This document shows, one piece after another, positions 53,574 through 62,860 of a DNA stretch of 64,000 bases. The DNA comes from Paludibacteraceae bacterium (GTDB lineage: Bacteria; Bacteroidota; Bacteroidia; Bacteroidales; Paludibacteraceae). The position numbers and the translations under genes are program-made. The stretch is from contig JAFYMG010000004.1 in the NCBI GenBank assembly GCA_017556705.1, forward strand, positions 12,946 through 76,945. Direction: 5' to 3'. Numbering within the stretch: position 1 is the stretch's first letter; every line of letters begins with the position of its first letter. Below the pieces are notes generated by a model. It did not search any database, was not told where the DNA came from, and worked only from the letters and a program-made list of their open reading frames with translations.

Positions 53574-55400
53574 TTACATTTTCACCCTTACTAGTGCATG
53601 TATATCCGTGCGCGTGTCTTTTTTATGATGCTGTGCAGCCCATGCCCTCTGATACACCGTCTCGCTTACCCGCAGATACAATGAAAATGTATCATTGATC
53701 TTGTACCTCGCATTCAACAAGAATCTACCACCTATACCATATGCAAAAGGCATTGCGTGAGCATATAGCACATCGTGTTCGTATATATATACTCTATTTG
53801 CCCAGTCACGAGCATTGAACGCTTGTGCACGCAATTGTACCACAATAGGGACTCCCGAAAAACGATATTCCGCATCCTGCAACACTGACCAACCGTATGC
53901 CCGTTCTCCTTTCACCAGATTGCCATCTGCCTGTGTTTTCATCTTCCATCTACCCATCTGGTACGCCATGTTCCATCGTAGTGAATAGGTGCATGCTTCG
54001 TCTTTGTCTTTCACTCGAAAACGCATATGCATATGGTAGTTTTGCTTCGGTAACCAATCGCCTTGTGCCATTACTTCATATCCGTTTTTCCAAACATCTA
54101 CAAATGTAGATAATTGCCAGTTTTTCAGTTTGTTATATTCTAATCCGATATATCCTCCATGCTCATCACGCATCCTTGACCACGAGCACAATGCGTTTGC
54201 GTATGGATTACTATAATAGGGAGAATAATATCGATAAATCGCTAACAGATTTACATCCGATACAGGAGTATATCGCATGCCTGTAATACCCGCAATGCCC
54301 CATTTGGTGCCTTGACTAACGGCTACTTCGCCCCATAAATCAATCTTGCCATAATTATACCTTGCATTCGCACCTATCAACGCTTGTGTGTTTGCTTCTT
54401 GCCTTTGGCTTTGCTGCTTATTCTCCATATCCTCCCCCTCACGGAGAGATTGGGTAGGCTTTGAGATATTCTCTATTGCAGTCACTCCTACCTTAATTTT
54501 TTTCCATTTACTTGTTACGTTTACACCTACTACGTGATTCCAACTATTATTCTTCTCGTTTTGCAATGAATAAAAGGTACTTATATTCGCTTTTTTACCC
54601 ATGCTTGCCATCATGCCGATACCGTGAAAGCCATTGTAACCATCACCTATCGAACTTAATTTCTTTAATCCTTCATCAGTGGTTGCAGTGGATTGAATAT
54701 ATGCCGTTTTCCCCCGTTTAAACGGGCTGCCAACCACCAATCCATATCCATACGTTGCTTGATAATCACCAGCCACTAGGGTCTTAATCTTTCCAAGATC
54801 ATTCAACTGAATATATCCACCGTAGTCCCATTTTTTGCCGTTCAAGTTACTGCCTTCATGCCTCACAATACTTAGTCCTGCTTGTACTTTATTTTGATAA
54901 TTAAATCGATAACGCAACTTGCCATATAACGGATCTCCTTTATTGCTCTCGATATCTCGTGCATCAGTTCGTAAAGTGACCTCGTGTTTGGCGTAATGAA
55001 ACACCTCTCGGACATACAATTTCTCTTGCTCGTTTTCCTTTCCGATATATACAAATGGCAGTAAATTACGAATGTCATAATCCTTCAGGCAATCAATGAG
55101 TTGTAGTTCGTATATCTCCTTGAAACAATGTTCGTATTGATATAACAAAATAGCATCTATTTGCTCATCGCTCAAGAATCGTAACCGACTCAATTCATCT
55201 GCATTTGTATGATTTAAATTAATGGGGTTAGCTGCTATTTCTAATAATTCTTCTTGCACACTTTCCAAGACAATGTCATTATCTTCTTCCATTTGATTGT
55301 AAATGTCTTCCAATACATCATCCAAAGAAAAAGACTGAGCATACGTTGCTTGAGCAACGCATAGTATTAAACACCAAATGATATGCCTAGTCTTCTTCAT
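53574..55400 (-). CDS. Secreted helix-hairpin-helix (ComEA-like) domain protein fused to a large predicted beta-barrel
   Basis: Signal peptide MKKTRHIIWCLILCVAQATYAQ, HhH-like INLNHTNADELSRLRFLSDEQIDAILLY, then about 480 aa of alternating beta-strand pattern rich in Y/G/W. Confidence 0.65.
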   Translation of the reverse strand: MKKTRHIIWCLILCVAQATYAQSFSLDDVLEDIYNQMEEDNDIVLESVQEELLEIAANPINLNHTNADELSRLRFLSDEQIDAILLYQYEHCFKEIYELQLIDCLKDYDIRNLLPFVYIGKENEQEKLYVREVFHYAKHEVTLRTDARDIESNKGDPLYGKLRYRFNYQNKVQAGLSIVRHEGSNLNGKKWDYGGYIQLNDLGKIKTLVAGDYQATYGYGLVVGSPFKRGKTAYIQSTATTDEGLKKLSSIGDGYNGFHGIGMMASMGKKANISTFYSLQNEKNNSWNHVVGVNVTSKWKKIKVGVTAIENISKPTQSLREGEDMENKQQSQRQEANTQALIGANARYNYGKIDLWGEVAVSQGTKWGIAGITGMRYTPVSDVNLLAIYRYYSPYYSNPYANALCSWSRMRDEHGGYIGLEYNKLKNWQLSTFVDVWKNGYEVMAQGDWLPKQNYHMHMRFRVKDKDEACTYSLRWNMAYQMGRWKMKTQADGNLVKGERAYGWSVLQDAEYRFSGVPIVVQLRAQAFNARDWANRVYIYEHDVLYAHAMPFAYGIGGRFLLNARYKINDTFSLYLRVSETVYQRAWAAQHHKKDTRTDIHALVRVKM

Positions 55401-55408
55401 TTCGGGTA

Positions 55409-55416
55409 CAAAAGTA
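55409..55416 (-). promoter_or_regulatory. -7 promoter box TACTTTTG (HhH/beta-barrel gene)
   Basis: TAnnTTTG match 9 nt upstream of ATG 55400. Confidence 0.55.
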
Positions 55417-55479
55417 CTAAAAAATACCGAAATATCACACCAGATAAGCAAAAAATTTTGTGTTTACACAAATTTTTAG

Positions 55480-55487
55480 TATCTTTG
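55480..55487 (+). promoter_or_regulatory. -7 box TATCTTTG with -33 TTTG (55457-55460)
   Basis: Canonical spacing. The box ends 8 nt before ATG 55496. Confidence 0.55.
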
Positions 55488-55495
55488 CAGCCAAA

Positions 55496-56431
55496 ATGAA
55501 ACAAAACCGACCATATTTACGTATTTTCAATATTCTGCTCATCATAGCAGCATATGGTTATTTAGCATATCGTTTGATCATTTTCGACGACTATGCCTCT
55601 TTTTTCGAGGCTTTCCGTTCAGCGGATATCTGGCGATACCTTATCTTAGCAACTGTTGTGCTGCTTATGCCTCTTAATGTTTGGTGTGAAGCTGGTAAAT
55701 GGCGTTTGCTTTTGCGTGATATTGAGCCTATGACCATATGGGGTGCACAACGCCAAGTTTATTACGGCTATGTGGGTGCTTTTATTACCCCATATCATGC
55801 TGGCGACTATCCCGCACGAGCGATGTTGCTCAAGAATAAGAGTAATTGGTCTGCAGCTGTTGGTTTAGGCTTAGTGGGTACTGTTGCGTTACTCGTGGTA
55901 GAGTTGATTGTAGGTATTCCGTCTACATGGCTTTTCCTGAGTTATGATCAGTCGCTGCCAATGCAATATTTTGCAGCAGCGTTTATCATCATAGTTTTAT
56001 TAATAAGCTTCCTACCGCATATCGTGCGATATCTCTCGCGTCGTGAATGGAAATCTGCGCAAATGCAGCAATTAGCAATTGCATTGTCGCAACTTTCTTA
56101 TACTCGCTTTATGAAAGCCATAGGGTGGTCCTCTATGCGCTATATTGTATGGGCAATGCAATTGGCATTGACATTGCATTTCTGTGGTGTGGATATGTTA
56201 CCTGTAGAATACCTAATTGCTATTCCATTCTATTACATGGTGGTAGCAGTATTCCCTTCTGTACCTGCGTTAAATATAGCCATTCGTGGTACGTGGTCGC
56301 TTATTATCTTTGACACATTCTGCGATAATGCAGCAGGTATTGCGCTGGCTGTAGTCACCATTTGGGCTGTCAACACAGTATTGCCGATGATTATTGGCTC
56401 AATCTTATACCGCAATGGAAAAACAAAATGA
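55496..56431 (+). CDS. Flippase-like / lysylphosphatidylglycerol-synthase TM-domain (UPF0104) membrane protein
   Basis: About 8 TM helices, with a conserved GDYPARA-type loop. Family assignment is tentative. Confidence 0.55.
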   Translation: MKQNRPYLRIFNILLIIAAYGYLAYRLIIFDDYASFFEAFRSADIWRYLILATVVLLMPLNVWCEAGKWRLLLRDIEPMTIWGAQRQVYYGYVGAFITPYHAGDYPARAMLLKNKSNWSAAVGLGLVGTVALLVVELIVGIPSTWLFLSYDQSLPMQYFAAAFIIIVLLISFLPHIVRYLSRREWKSAQMQQLAIALSQLSYTRFMKAIGWSSMRYIVWAMQLALTLHFCGVDMLPVEYLIAIPFYYMVVAVFPSVPALNIAIRGTWSLIIFDTFCDNAAGIALAVVTIWAVNTVLPMIIGSILYRNGKTK

Positions 56432-56458
56432 TATTTCTAAATTTTAAATTAAAACAAT

Positions 56459-59065
56459 ATGAATCTCTCTTTTTCAATTAATTATCAAACGCAATGGGGG
56501 CAACACGTTGCGGTCCTTTATGCAGCAGATGCTGACCTTGCGACTGCTTCGCCTTTGCAACTTGATCTCGAGTGCCATGGTTCTGCAGAGTGGGCTGCAC
56601 AACTCACTCTTAGTGACATTCATAAGTACATCTCGTATTGCTATGTCATTGTGGACGAGCAAGGCAATATCCTCCGCCGCGAGTCTATGCCTCACTTCCT
56701 CGAGTGCCAACCTGGCAATATCGTGTTGCGCGACCTTTGGCAAGACAAATCTCAATCGCTCTTCGCTTCTAAGGTCTTCAGCCAAGTGCTCTTCGCTCAC
56801 CGTGCACCTGTTGCGGCTAAGAAAGCTACTGGTAACATCACCGTTAAGGTCAATGTACCTCGCCTCGAGCGTCATCAGGGTGTGGCTATCATGGGTAACA
56901 TCGCCGCCCTCGGCGAGTGGGATCGCACCAAAAAACTCCCTATGACCAATAGCCAATTGCCTATCGCCAATAGCCACAACTACAACCCCGAATGGACCGT
57001 CACTTTCCACGCTAAACTCGGTTCTGTAGTGGAGTACAAGTATGTCATCTACGACCTCAAGTCTGGCGACATCGTGGACATGGAGTGGGGCGAGAACCGC
57101 AAGATCTGGGATGTGCAACGCGCTAAGCACTATGTCATCTCCGACTCTCCTTTCCGCTACACCCAAGCCAACTGGAAGGGCGCTGGTGTGGCTGTTCCTG
57201 TCTTCTCTCTCCGCTCAGAGAACGGCTTCGGTATTGGTGAGTTCCAAGACCTCAAGCTCCTCGCTGATTGGGCTGTACTCACAGGTCAAAAGATGATCCA
57301 AACTCTCCCAATCAACGACACTACCCTCCGTCACAACAACCTCGACTCATATCCTTACAACGCAGTTAGCGTCTTTGCGCTCCACCCAATCTACCTCAAT
57401 ATCGAGAAGATGGGCACTCTCACTCCTACCCAACTCAAGAAGTATCGCAAGACACAGGAGGAGTTCAACGCCAAGACCATCGCGGACTACCAATGCGTTT
57501 ACGACGAGAAGATGAAGTACTTCAAGTCCCTCTACAAGGCCGACAAAGCTACTCTCTTCGCTTCCGACGAATATAAGACTTTCCTCGCTGCCAACGAGGG
57601 CTGGCTCTTGCCTTACGCAGAGTTCCTCTCTAAGCGCGACAAACAACCTAAGGACTTCTACTGCTACCTCCAGTTCCATGCGGACAAACAGCTCCGTGAG
57701 GCGGTGGACTACGCACACTCTGTAGGCGTGGCATTCAAGGGTGATATTCCTATCGGTATCTCTCCTGACTCTGTGGACGCTTCCACCGACCCACACCTCT
57801 TCAACCTCTCTGCTTCGGCAGGTGCGCCACCCGATGATTTCGACGCACGCGGTCAGAACTGGGGCTTCCCTACCTACAACTGGGATGTCATGGCTCAAGA
57901 CGACTACCAATGGTGGAAGTTCCGCTTCACCAAGATGGCGGACTACTTCGACGCATATCGTGTGGACCATATCCTTGGCTTCTTCCGTATCTGGCAAATG
58001 CGTAAGTCGGATGTTTGGGGCCTCTGCGGTCACTTCTCTCCTGCTATGCCTTATTCGCTCCAAGACCTCTGGAACATGGGCGTGAAACTCGACGAGGATC
58101 GCCTCACCAAACCATATATCCGCGCTAATTTCTTGGGTGATACTTTTGGTTATGATACCGAGTATGTGAAGAACAATTTCCTCCAAACCAACGACGGATA
58201 TATCTACTTCTTCCCTGAGCATTTGGATACCCAACGCAAGGTGCAACAGTTCTTCCTCAACCCTGAGAACCGTGCTGCTCACGAGAACAACTGCAATATC
58301 GACAATGTGATGAACGGACTCTTGTATCTGCATTGCGAGGTGCTCTTCGTGCGTGACCAGAAGAATCCATCGATGCTCCACCCACGCATCGCGCTCTACC
58401 AGTCACACAACTACCAAGAGCTCTATGCCGACCAACGCCAACTCTTGGCTGACATCCACAACGACTACTTCTACCACCGCCACACTTCTTTCTGGCGCGA
58501 GTCTGCGCTCAAGAAACTCCCTACCTTGATTGCTGCTACCGACATGCTCTGCTGTGGCGAGGACTTGGGTATGGTGCCTTCTTGTGTGCCTGATGTGATG
58601 AGCCAATTGCAGATCCTCTCGCTCGAGATCCAACGCATGCCTAAGGACCCAACCGTAGCTTTCGCTCACCCAGCGGACGCACCTTACCATAGCGTTTGTA
58701 CCATCGGTACCCACGACATGAACCCCGTTCGTGCTTGGTGGGAGGAGGACCGCCAAGTCACTCAGAAGTTCTACAACGAACAGATGGGCTGGTGGGGTGA
58801 AGCTCCACAAGAGATGACGCCAGAAATTGCCGAATTCATCGTTAATCAGCACATGTATAGTCCAGCTATGTGGGTGATTCTCCCATTGCAAGACTGGTTT
58901 GCTATCGATGGTGATATTCGTTTGGCTGACCAACACGCTGAGCGTATCAACTTGCCTTCTAACCCAGAGCATTTCTGGAACTACCGCATGCACCTCACCC
59001 TCGAGGACTTGCTCAAGAAGGACGCCTTCAACGCGCATGTGAAATCCCTCACCCAAGTGAGATAA
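56459..59065 (+). CDS. malQ: 4-alpha-glucanotransferase (GH77) with N-terminal starch-binding (CBM20-like) domains
   Basis: GH77 blocks SVFALHPIY, FKGDIPIG, YRVDHILGFFRIW, CGEDLGMVP and THDM. About 250-aa N-terminal beta-rich region. Confidence 0.9.
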   Translation: MNLSFSINYQTQWGQHVAVLYAADADLATASPLQLDLECHGSAEWAAQLTLSDIHKYISYCYVIVDEQGNILRRESMPHFLECQPGNIVLRDLWQDKSQSLFASKVFSQVLFAHRAPVAAKKATGNITVKVNVPRLERHQGVAIMGNIAALGEWDRTKKLPMTNSQLPIANSHNYNPEWTVTFHAKLGSVVEYKYVIYDLKSGDIVDMEWGENRKIWDVQRAKHYVISDSPFRYTQANWKGAGVAVPVFSLRSENGFGIGEFQDLKLLADWAVLTGQKMIQTLPINDTTLRHNNLDSYPYNAVSVFALHPIYLNIEKMGTLTPTQLKKYRKTQEEFNAKTIADYQCVYDEKMKYFKSLYKADKATLFASDEYKTFLAANEGWLLPYAEFLSKRDKQPKDFYCYLQFHADKQLREAVDYAHSVGVAFKGDIPIGISPDSVDASTDPHLFNLSASAGAPPDDFDARGQNWGFPTYNWDVMAQDDYQWWKFRFTKMADYFDAYRVDHILGFFRIWQMRKSDVWGLCGHFSPAMPYSLQDLWNMGVKLDEDRLTKPYIRANFLGDTFGYDTEYVKNNFLQTNDGYIYFFPEHLDTQRKVQQFFLNPENRAAHENNCNIDNVMNGLLYLHCEVLFVRDQKNPSMLHPRIALYQSHNYQELYADQRQLLADIHNDYFYHRHTSFWRESALKKLPTLIAATDMLCCGEDLGMVPSCVPDVMSQLQILSLEIQRMPKDPTVAFAHPADAPYHSVCTIGTHDMNPVRAWWEEDRQVTQKFYNEQMGWWGEAPQEMTPEIAEFIVNQHMYSPAMWVILPLQDWFAIDGDIRLADQHAERINLPSNPEHFWNYRMHLTLEDLLKKDAFNAHVKSLTQVR

Positions 59066-59142
59066 GATATTAGCTTTTACTTCTCCTCCCCTTCTTTTAG
59101 GAAGGGGTCGGGGGTAGGCTTAATAAGAATCAATAATCTTCC

Positions 59143-59177
59143 ACAAGCGCAGTCCCCAAGCTGCGCTTGTTCTTTTT
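59143..59177 (+). terminator. Rho-independent terminator after malQ
   Basis: 10-bp stem acaagcgcag/ctgcgcttgt with loop tccccaag, then tcttttt. Confidence 0.75.
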
Positions 59178-59215
59178 CTTTGTTCATTATCCCGAATACT
59201 ATTCGGGTACCCCTG

Positions 59216-59340
59216 CCTCTAAACTGCGCTGCCAGCGCTCGACGGTGTCCCGTCTCGCGTGTCCCGAATCCCTAATCTTTAAGCTTTAAACTGCAGCTTT
59301 GCTGCCCGCCTTTACACTCTACACCCTACACTTTTACACC
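59216..59340. repeat. Cluster of octamer/hairpin elements (CTCTAAAC-hairpin twice, then CTACACCC-type octamers)
   Basis: cctctaaact+gcgctgccagcgc (59216-59238), gctttaaact+gcagctttgctgc (59283-59305) and tttacactctacaccctacacttttacacc (59311-59340). Confidence 0.7.
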
Positions 59341-59370
59341 AAAAAATTTGCAAATCCGCAAATTTTATAG

Positions 59371-59378
59371 TAATTTTG
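59371..59378 (+). promoter_or_regulatory. -7 box TAATTTTG with -33 TTTG (59347-59350)
   Basis: Canonical spacing. Lies 27 nt upstream of ATG 59405. Confidence 0.55.
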
Positions 59379-59404
59379 CAGCAAATTTCAAATATTCAAT
59401 ACAT

Positions 59405-60199
59405 ATGAACACTATTCAATCTAAAAACAACACCAAGGCGCATATAGCCGGGGTGCTATTAATCCTAACTACGCTGAGCAGTTACTTGTATCATCCGCTC
59501 ATGGTACTAATCCAACCCTTTGATTCAATAGAACAATTTTACCTGTGGGGCTATTGTATCGTTCCAATAGGTACATTTCTGCTAGCCCTACTTAGTTATG
59601 CGCTTTTGCTAGGAACCAAACCTAACAAGCCTACACGCATAGCCCTATACCTCTTGATGGTATGCTGGTTGGTATCTACAATGATCCAAATGTATATCTT
59701 TCTTGACTATGTATATGAGATACCTACATGGTTAGGATATATAAGCTTTCTCGAACTCTTGTTAAATGTGTGCTCTGTTTACATATATTGCCTTATCTAT
59801 CGCAATAACGATATGGACAAACGCGACATCAGCTGGATCAATATCTACATCATCAGTAATCTAATTGGTCCGCTATTTTTTATTTGCTATAGGTTTAGCG
59901 ATATATGTGGATATCAAGATATTTGCAATAGATTCTTCGGCGATTTCGTCTTTTGGAACTCAACCGGCAGCTATAATATATTTAGATATTGCCTCATGGT
60001 GCTTATGCTGATTGCCCATTGGCGCTTTGCCCATTGTGCAGCGTTCACCGGAACAGACGAGCAAAGGACTCCAGCAGAGGAGAACTACAAGCCTATTGCT
60101 CGCTATGTAGTAGCAGCGCTAGTAGCATTGACACTAGGTTCAGGTATATTCTTCCTACTATACCACTACGCAGAACCTCTATTGAACGCTATCGGATAA
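59405..60199 (+). CDS. Hypothetical polytopic membrane protein (about 7 TM)
   Basis: 264 aa from ATG 59405 (MNTIQSK), Cys/Tyr-rich loops. No family recognised. Confidence 0.6.
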   Translation: MNTIQSKNNTKAHIAGVLLILTTLSSYLYHPLMVLIQPFDSIEQFYLWGYCIVPIGTFLLALLSYALLLGTKPNKPTRIALYLLMVCWLVSTMIQMYIFLDYVYEIPTWLGYISFLELLLNVCSVYIYCLIYRNNDMDKRDISWINIYIISNLIGPLFFICYRFSDICGYQDICNRFFGDFVFWNSTGSYNIFRYCLMVLMLIAHWRFAHCAAFTGTDEQRTPAEENYKPIARYVVAALVALTLGSGIFFLLYHYAEPLLNAIG

Positions 60200-60229
60200 T
60201 CATTGTAAAACACTATAATACACAGAATT

Positions 60230-60835
60230 ATGAAAAAGTCATTTCCAATCAAAAAAATAGTAACCTTCTTCCATAGTATCGAGAAGAACATCTGGGGTGA
60301 GGACATCAATGCCAACCCATGTTTTGCTACCATTAGTATCCTACTAGCTACCCTGGTAGCGGCTATCACTACCGGCGGAAACATCATCAACTCGTGGTTT
60401 GATACCGATTTACAATGCTCATGGTATATCACCATGACGATACTGCTATTCATCATGGTGCTCAATGTGCTAGAGTCTGTCCTTGCCGCTGAGAATGCCA
60501 AAGTAGCCACCTTGCGCTGCTTGCTCGTTATTGGTTGTATGATAGGTGGCGCTCTCGTAGGTGCTATCACATCGGTTGTAATTGCCATTATCCTAGCCAT
60601 AGTAGCTGTTGTACTATTTCTATACTTGCTTTTAGGCGCTCTATCTGGTGCTGCATCTGGCGGTAGCAAGAAAGGCGATGTAGAACTTCGTAGCTACGAT
60701 ATCATCGATGTTATGATGGGCCAAGATAAAATCAGCGGTACCATGTCTTCCGATGGCCTGACTTTCGATGGCAACAATGGCAAGACCTACGTACGCGATT
60801 CATGCAGCGGAGATTTTCGTGAGAAGATAGGGTAG
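60230..60835 (+). CDS. Hypothetical membrane protein (4 TM plus about 55-aa soluble C-terminal tail)
   Basis: 201 aa with a Gly/Ala-rich TM bundle and the tail GDVELRSYDIIDV...GLTFDGNNGKTYVRD. No family recognised. Confidence 0.6.
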   Translation: MKKSFPIKKIVTFFHSIEKNIWGEDINANPCFATISILLATLVAAITTGGNIINSWFDTDLQCSWYITMTILLFIMVLNVLESVLAAENAKVATLRCLLVIGCMIGGALVGAITSVVIAIILAIVAVVLFLYLLLGALSGAASGGSKKGDVELRSYDIIDVMMGQDKISGTMSSDGLTFDGNNGKTYVRDSCSGDFREKIG

Positions 60836-60856
60836 GCTCGCAGAACGAAAAAACAA

Positions 60857-60890
60857 AACACCTCGCCGAAAATGCGGGGTGTTTTATTTT
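60857..60890 (+). terminator. Rho-independent terminator
   Basis: 10-bp stem aacacctcgc/gcggggtgtt with loop cgaaaat, then ttatttttg. Confidence 0.75.
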
Positions 60891-61203
60891 TGTCGTTTTT
60901 GTCGGTTACGCGGTTAAACGAGAAGACAAGGGTGTTATTGTCCAACAACATAGACGTGGGGGCTTTTGTGTACAATGAGTATGAGCAAAATGATAGGAGA
61001 AAGGGATATTATTGCTACTTTTGTCAAAAATATTTGGTCGAATCAGAAAAAAAGCAGTACTTTTGTGGTATGTTTCGTTTGATTTTTGGTACAAAAAACG
61101 ATGTGTTAGTATGTATTACAGTCAGAAACAATTATAATTACTTAAATATTCACCCTAAAAGTAAACTTTTGCGCAAAATTTTGCAAATGTGCAAATTTTC
61201 CCC

Positions 61204-61211
61204 TACCTTTG
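61204..61211 (+). promoter_or_regulatory. -7 promoter box TACCTTTG (EFR1 ferredoxin gene)
   Basis: The box ends 4 nt before ATG 61216, suggesting a leaderless mRNA. Confidence 0.55.
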
Positions 61212-61215
61212 CACC

Positions 61216-61986
61216 ATGATTTTCTACTTCTCAGGTGTCGGTAACTCAGCATGGGTGGCTTCCCAATTAGCTGAAAAATTAGGAGACAAACTTGTCTTTA
61301 TCGTTGATTATGCAGGTCAAACAATCCATATAGAACCTGGCGAGCGCATCGGCTTTGTTTTCCCCATTTATTCATGGGCACCCCCTAAAATAATGCTCGA
61401 TTTCATCGCCCGTGTGCAAATTAGTTCACCTCCTTCTTATATCTATTTTGTTTGTACCTGCGGTTCCGATACGGGTAAAACTCCCGAACTCTTCTCTGCC
61501 CACATCCAAGCACGAGGATGGCATTGCCATTCTGGCTACTCCATCGCTATGCCCAACACCTATGTCGCGTTCCCTGGATTCGGTGTTGATAAAGACCGCA
61601 TCGCACAACAAAAAATCTCGGCAGCAAAAGATCGTATCACCCTTATTTCCAAACAAATACAATCTAATATTTCAACGCACTTCGACTGCAACGAAGGAGG
61701 AATGGCTCGTTTCAAAACCTATACCATCAACCCACTCTTCAACCAACACATGCTCTCAGCCAAACCTTTCTACACTACAGACGCATGTATCGGTTGCAAA
61801 AAATGCGAAAACACTTGCCCTGTGCACAACATTCATGTAGAAAACGGCCGGCCATCATGGGGAGAAAACTGTACACAATGTACCGCATGTTTCCACGCGT
61901 GCCCTCAAAATGCTATCCAATACGGGCATTTCACAAAAGGTAAAAAACAATATCGTTTAAGGCTAAATATTATTCAAAATTCTTAA
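61216..61986 (+). CDS. EFR1-family ferredoxin (flavodoxin-like domain plus 2x[4Fe-4S])
   Basis: MIFYFSGVGNS flavodoxin-like start, and CIGCKKCENTCP and CTQCTACFHACP cluster motifs. Confidence 0.8.
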   Translation: MIFYFSGVGNSAWVASQLAEKLGDKLVFIVDYAGQTIHIEPGERIGFVFPIYSWAPPKIMLDFIARVQISSPPSYIYFVCTCGSDTGKTPELFSAHIQARGWHCHSGYSIAMPNTYVAFPGFGVDKDRIAQQKISAAKDRITLISKQIQSNISTHFDCNEGGMARFKTYTINPLFNQHMLSAKPFYTTDACIGCKKCENTCPVHNIHVENGRPSWGENCTQCTACFHACPQNAIQYGHFTKGKKQYRLRLNIIQNS

Positions 61987-62010
61987 TTCTTAATTCAAAA
62001 TTACTTATCT

Positions 62011-62712
62011 ATGAGCAAGAAAATTGTTGTTTTTACAGGAGCGGGCGTTTCCGCCGAAAGTGGACTAGGTACCTTCCGTGACACCGACGGGCTATGGGAG
62101 CGCTATCGTCTAGAAGATGTATGTACTGCCGAAGCATGGAAAAAAAATCCCCAATTATGCGTAGATTTCTACAACATGCGTCGCCGCGAGACGCTAGCCG
62201 CTGAGCCTAACCTAGCACACAAAGCTATCGCACATTTGCAAGAAGTATTCCCAGACACACAGGTCATCACTCAGAACATCGACAACCTGCACGAACGTGC
62301 AGGCAGCCGCAATGTACTGCACCTGCATGGAGAGATCACCAAACTTCGTTCGCAGAAGAATGTGCACGACCTAGTAGATTTAGACGGATGGGAACAGCAT
62401 TACGGAGATCTTCACCCAGATGGTTCTATCCTACGTCCGCATATCGTGTTCTTTGGCGAAGATGTGCCTAACTTCCCATTGGCCTGCGAGATAGCTAGCC
62501 AAGCGGATATCATAATCGTCGTCGGTACATCACTCAATGTCTATCCCGCAGCATTTTTATTGCAATATGCACCATCTTCGGCAGAGATTTATGTGATAGA
62601 TCCCAACACGCCCGAACTCGGCATCTACCGCCACCGCGCCCACCATATCCAGAAAAACGCCACTATCGGCGTTCCCGAACTCGTGGATAAACTCATCCTT
62701 TCTCGTCCATAA
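62011..62712 (+). CDS. cobB: NAD-dependent protein deacylase (Sir2 family)
   Basis: GAGVSAESG, QNIDNLHERAG, HG and VVGTS motifs. Confidence 0.9.
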   Translation: MSKKIVVFTGAGVSAESGLGTFRDTDGLWERYRLEDVCTAEAWKKNPQLCVDFYNMRRRETLAAEPNLAHKAIAHLQEVFPDTQVITQNIDNLHERAGSRNVLHLHGEITKLRSQKNVHDLVDLDGWEQHYGDLHPDGSILRPHIVFFGEDVPNFPLACEIASQADIIIVVGTSLNVYPAAFLLQYAPSSAEIYVIDPNTPELGIYRHRAHHIQKNATIGVPELVDKLILSRP

Positions 62713-62860
62713 TACAACGGTAATATATCCATTTTCATGAAATTTTATGCCAAGCGAATAGTTTGGCACACTATTTGATACTACAATATATGCAATGTGG
62801 CAAGCAGCCTAATGAGAGGATGTTGCCATTAACCTAAACCTAACTATAAAATTTATTATT

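Noticed and set aside
56474-59056. Three long antisense ORFs (230, 344 and 217 aa) on the minus strand across malQ.
   Set aside because: They are exactly antisense to a gene with clear GH77 motifs. Their V/E/L/H/R-rich composition is what the reverse complement of C-ending codons produces. None has a promoter box or a recognisable domain. They are an artefact of strong codon bias.
62764-62778. A sigma-54-like TGGCAC-N5-TTGA about 83 nt upstream of hsp20.
   Set aside because: The -12 element reads GA instead of the highly conserved GC. There is no enhancer-binding protein or upstream activator site in view, and a single match is easily chance.
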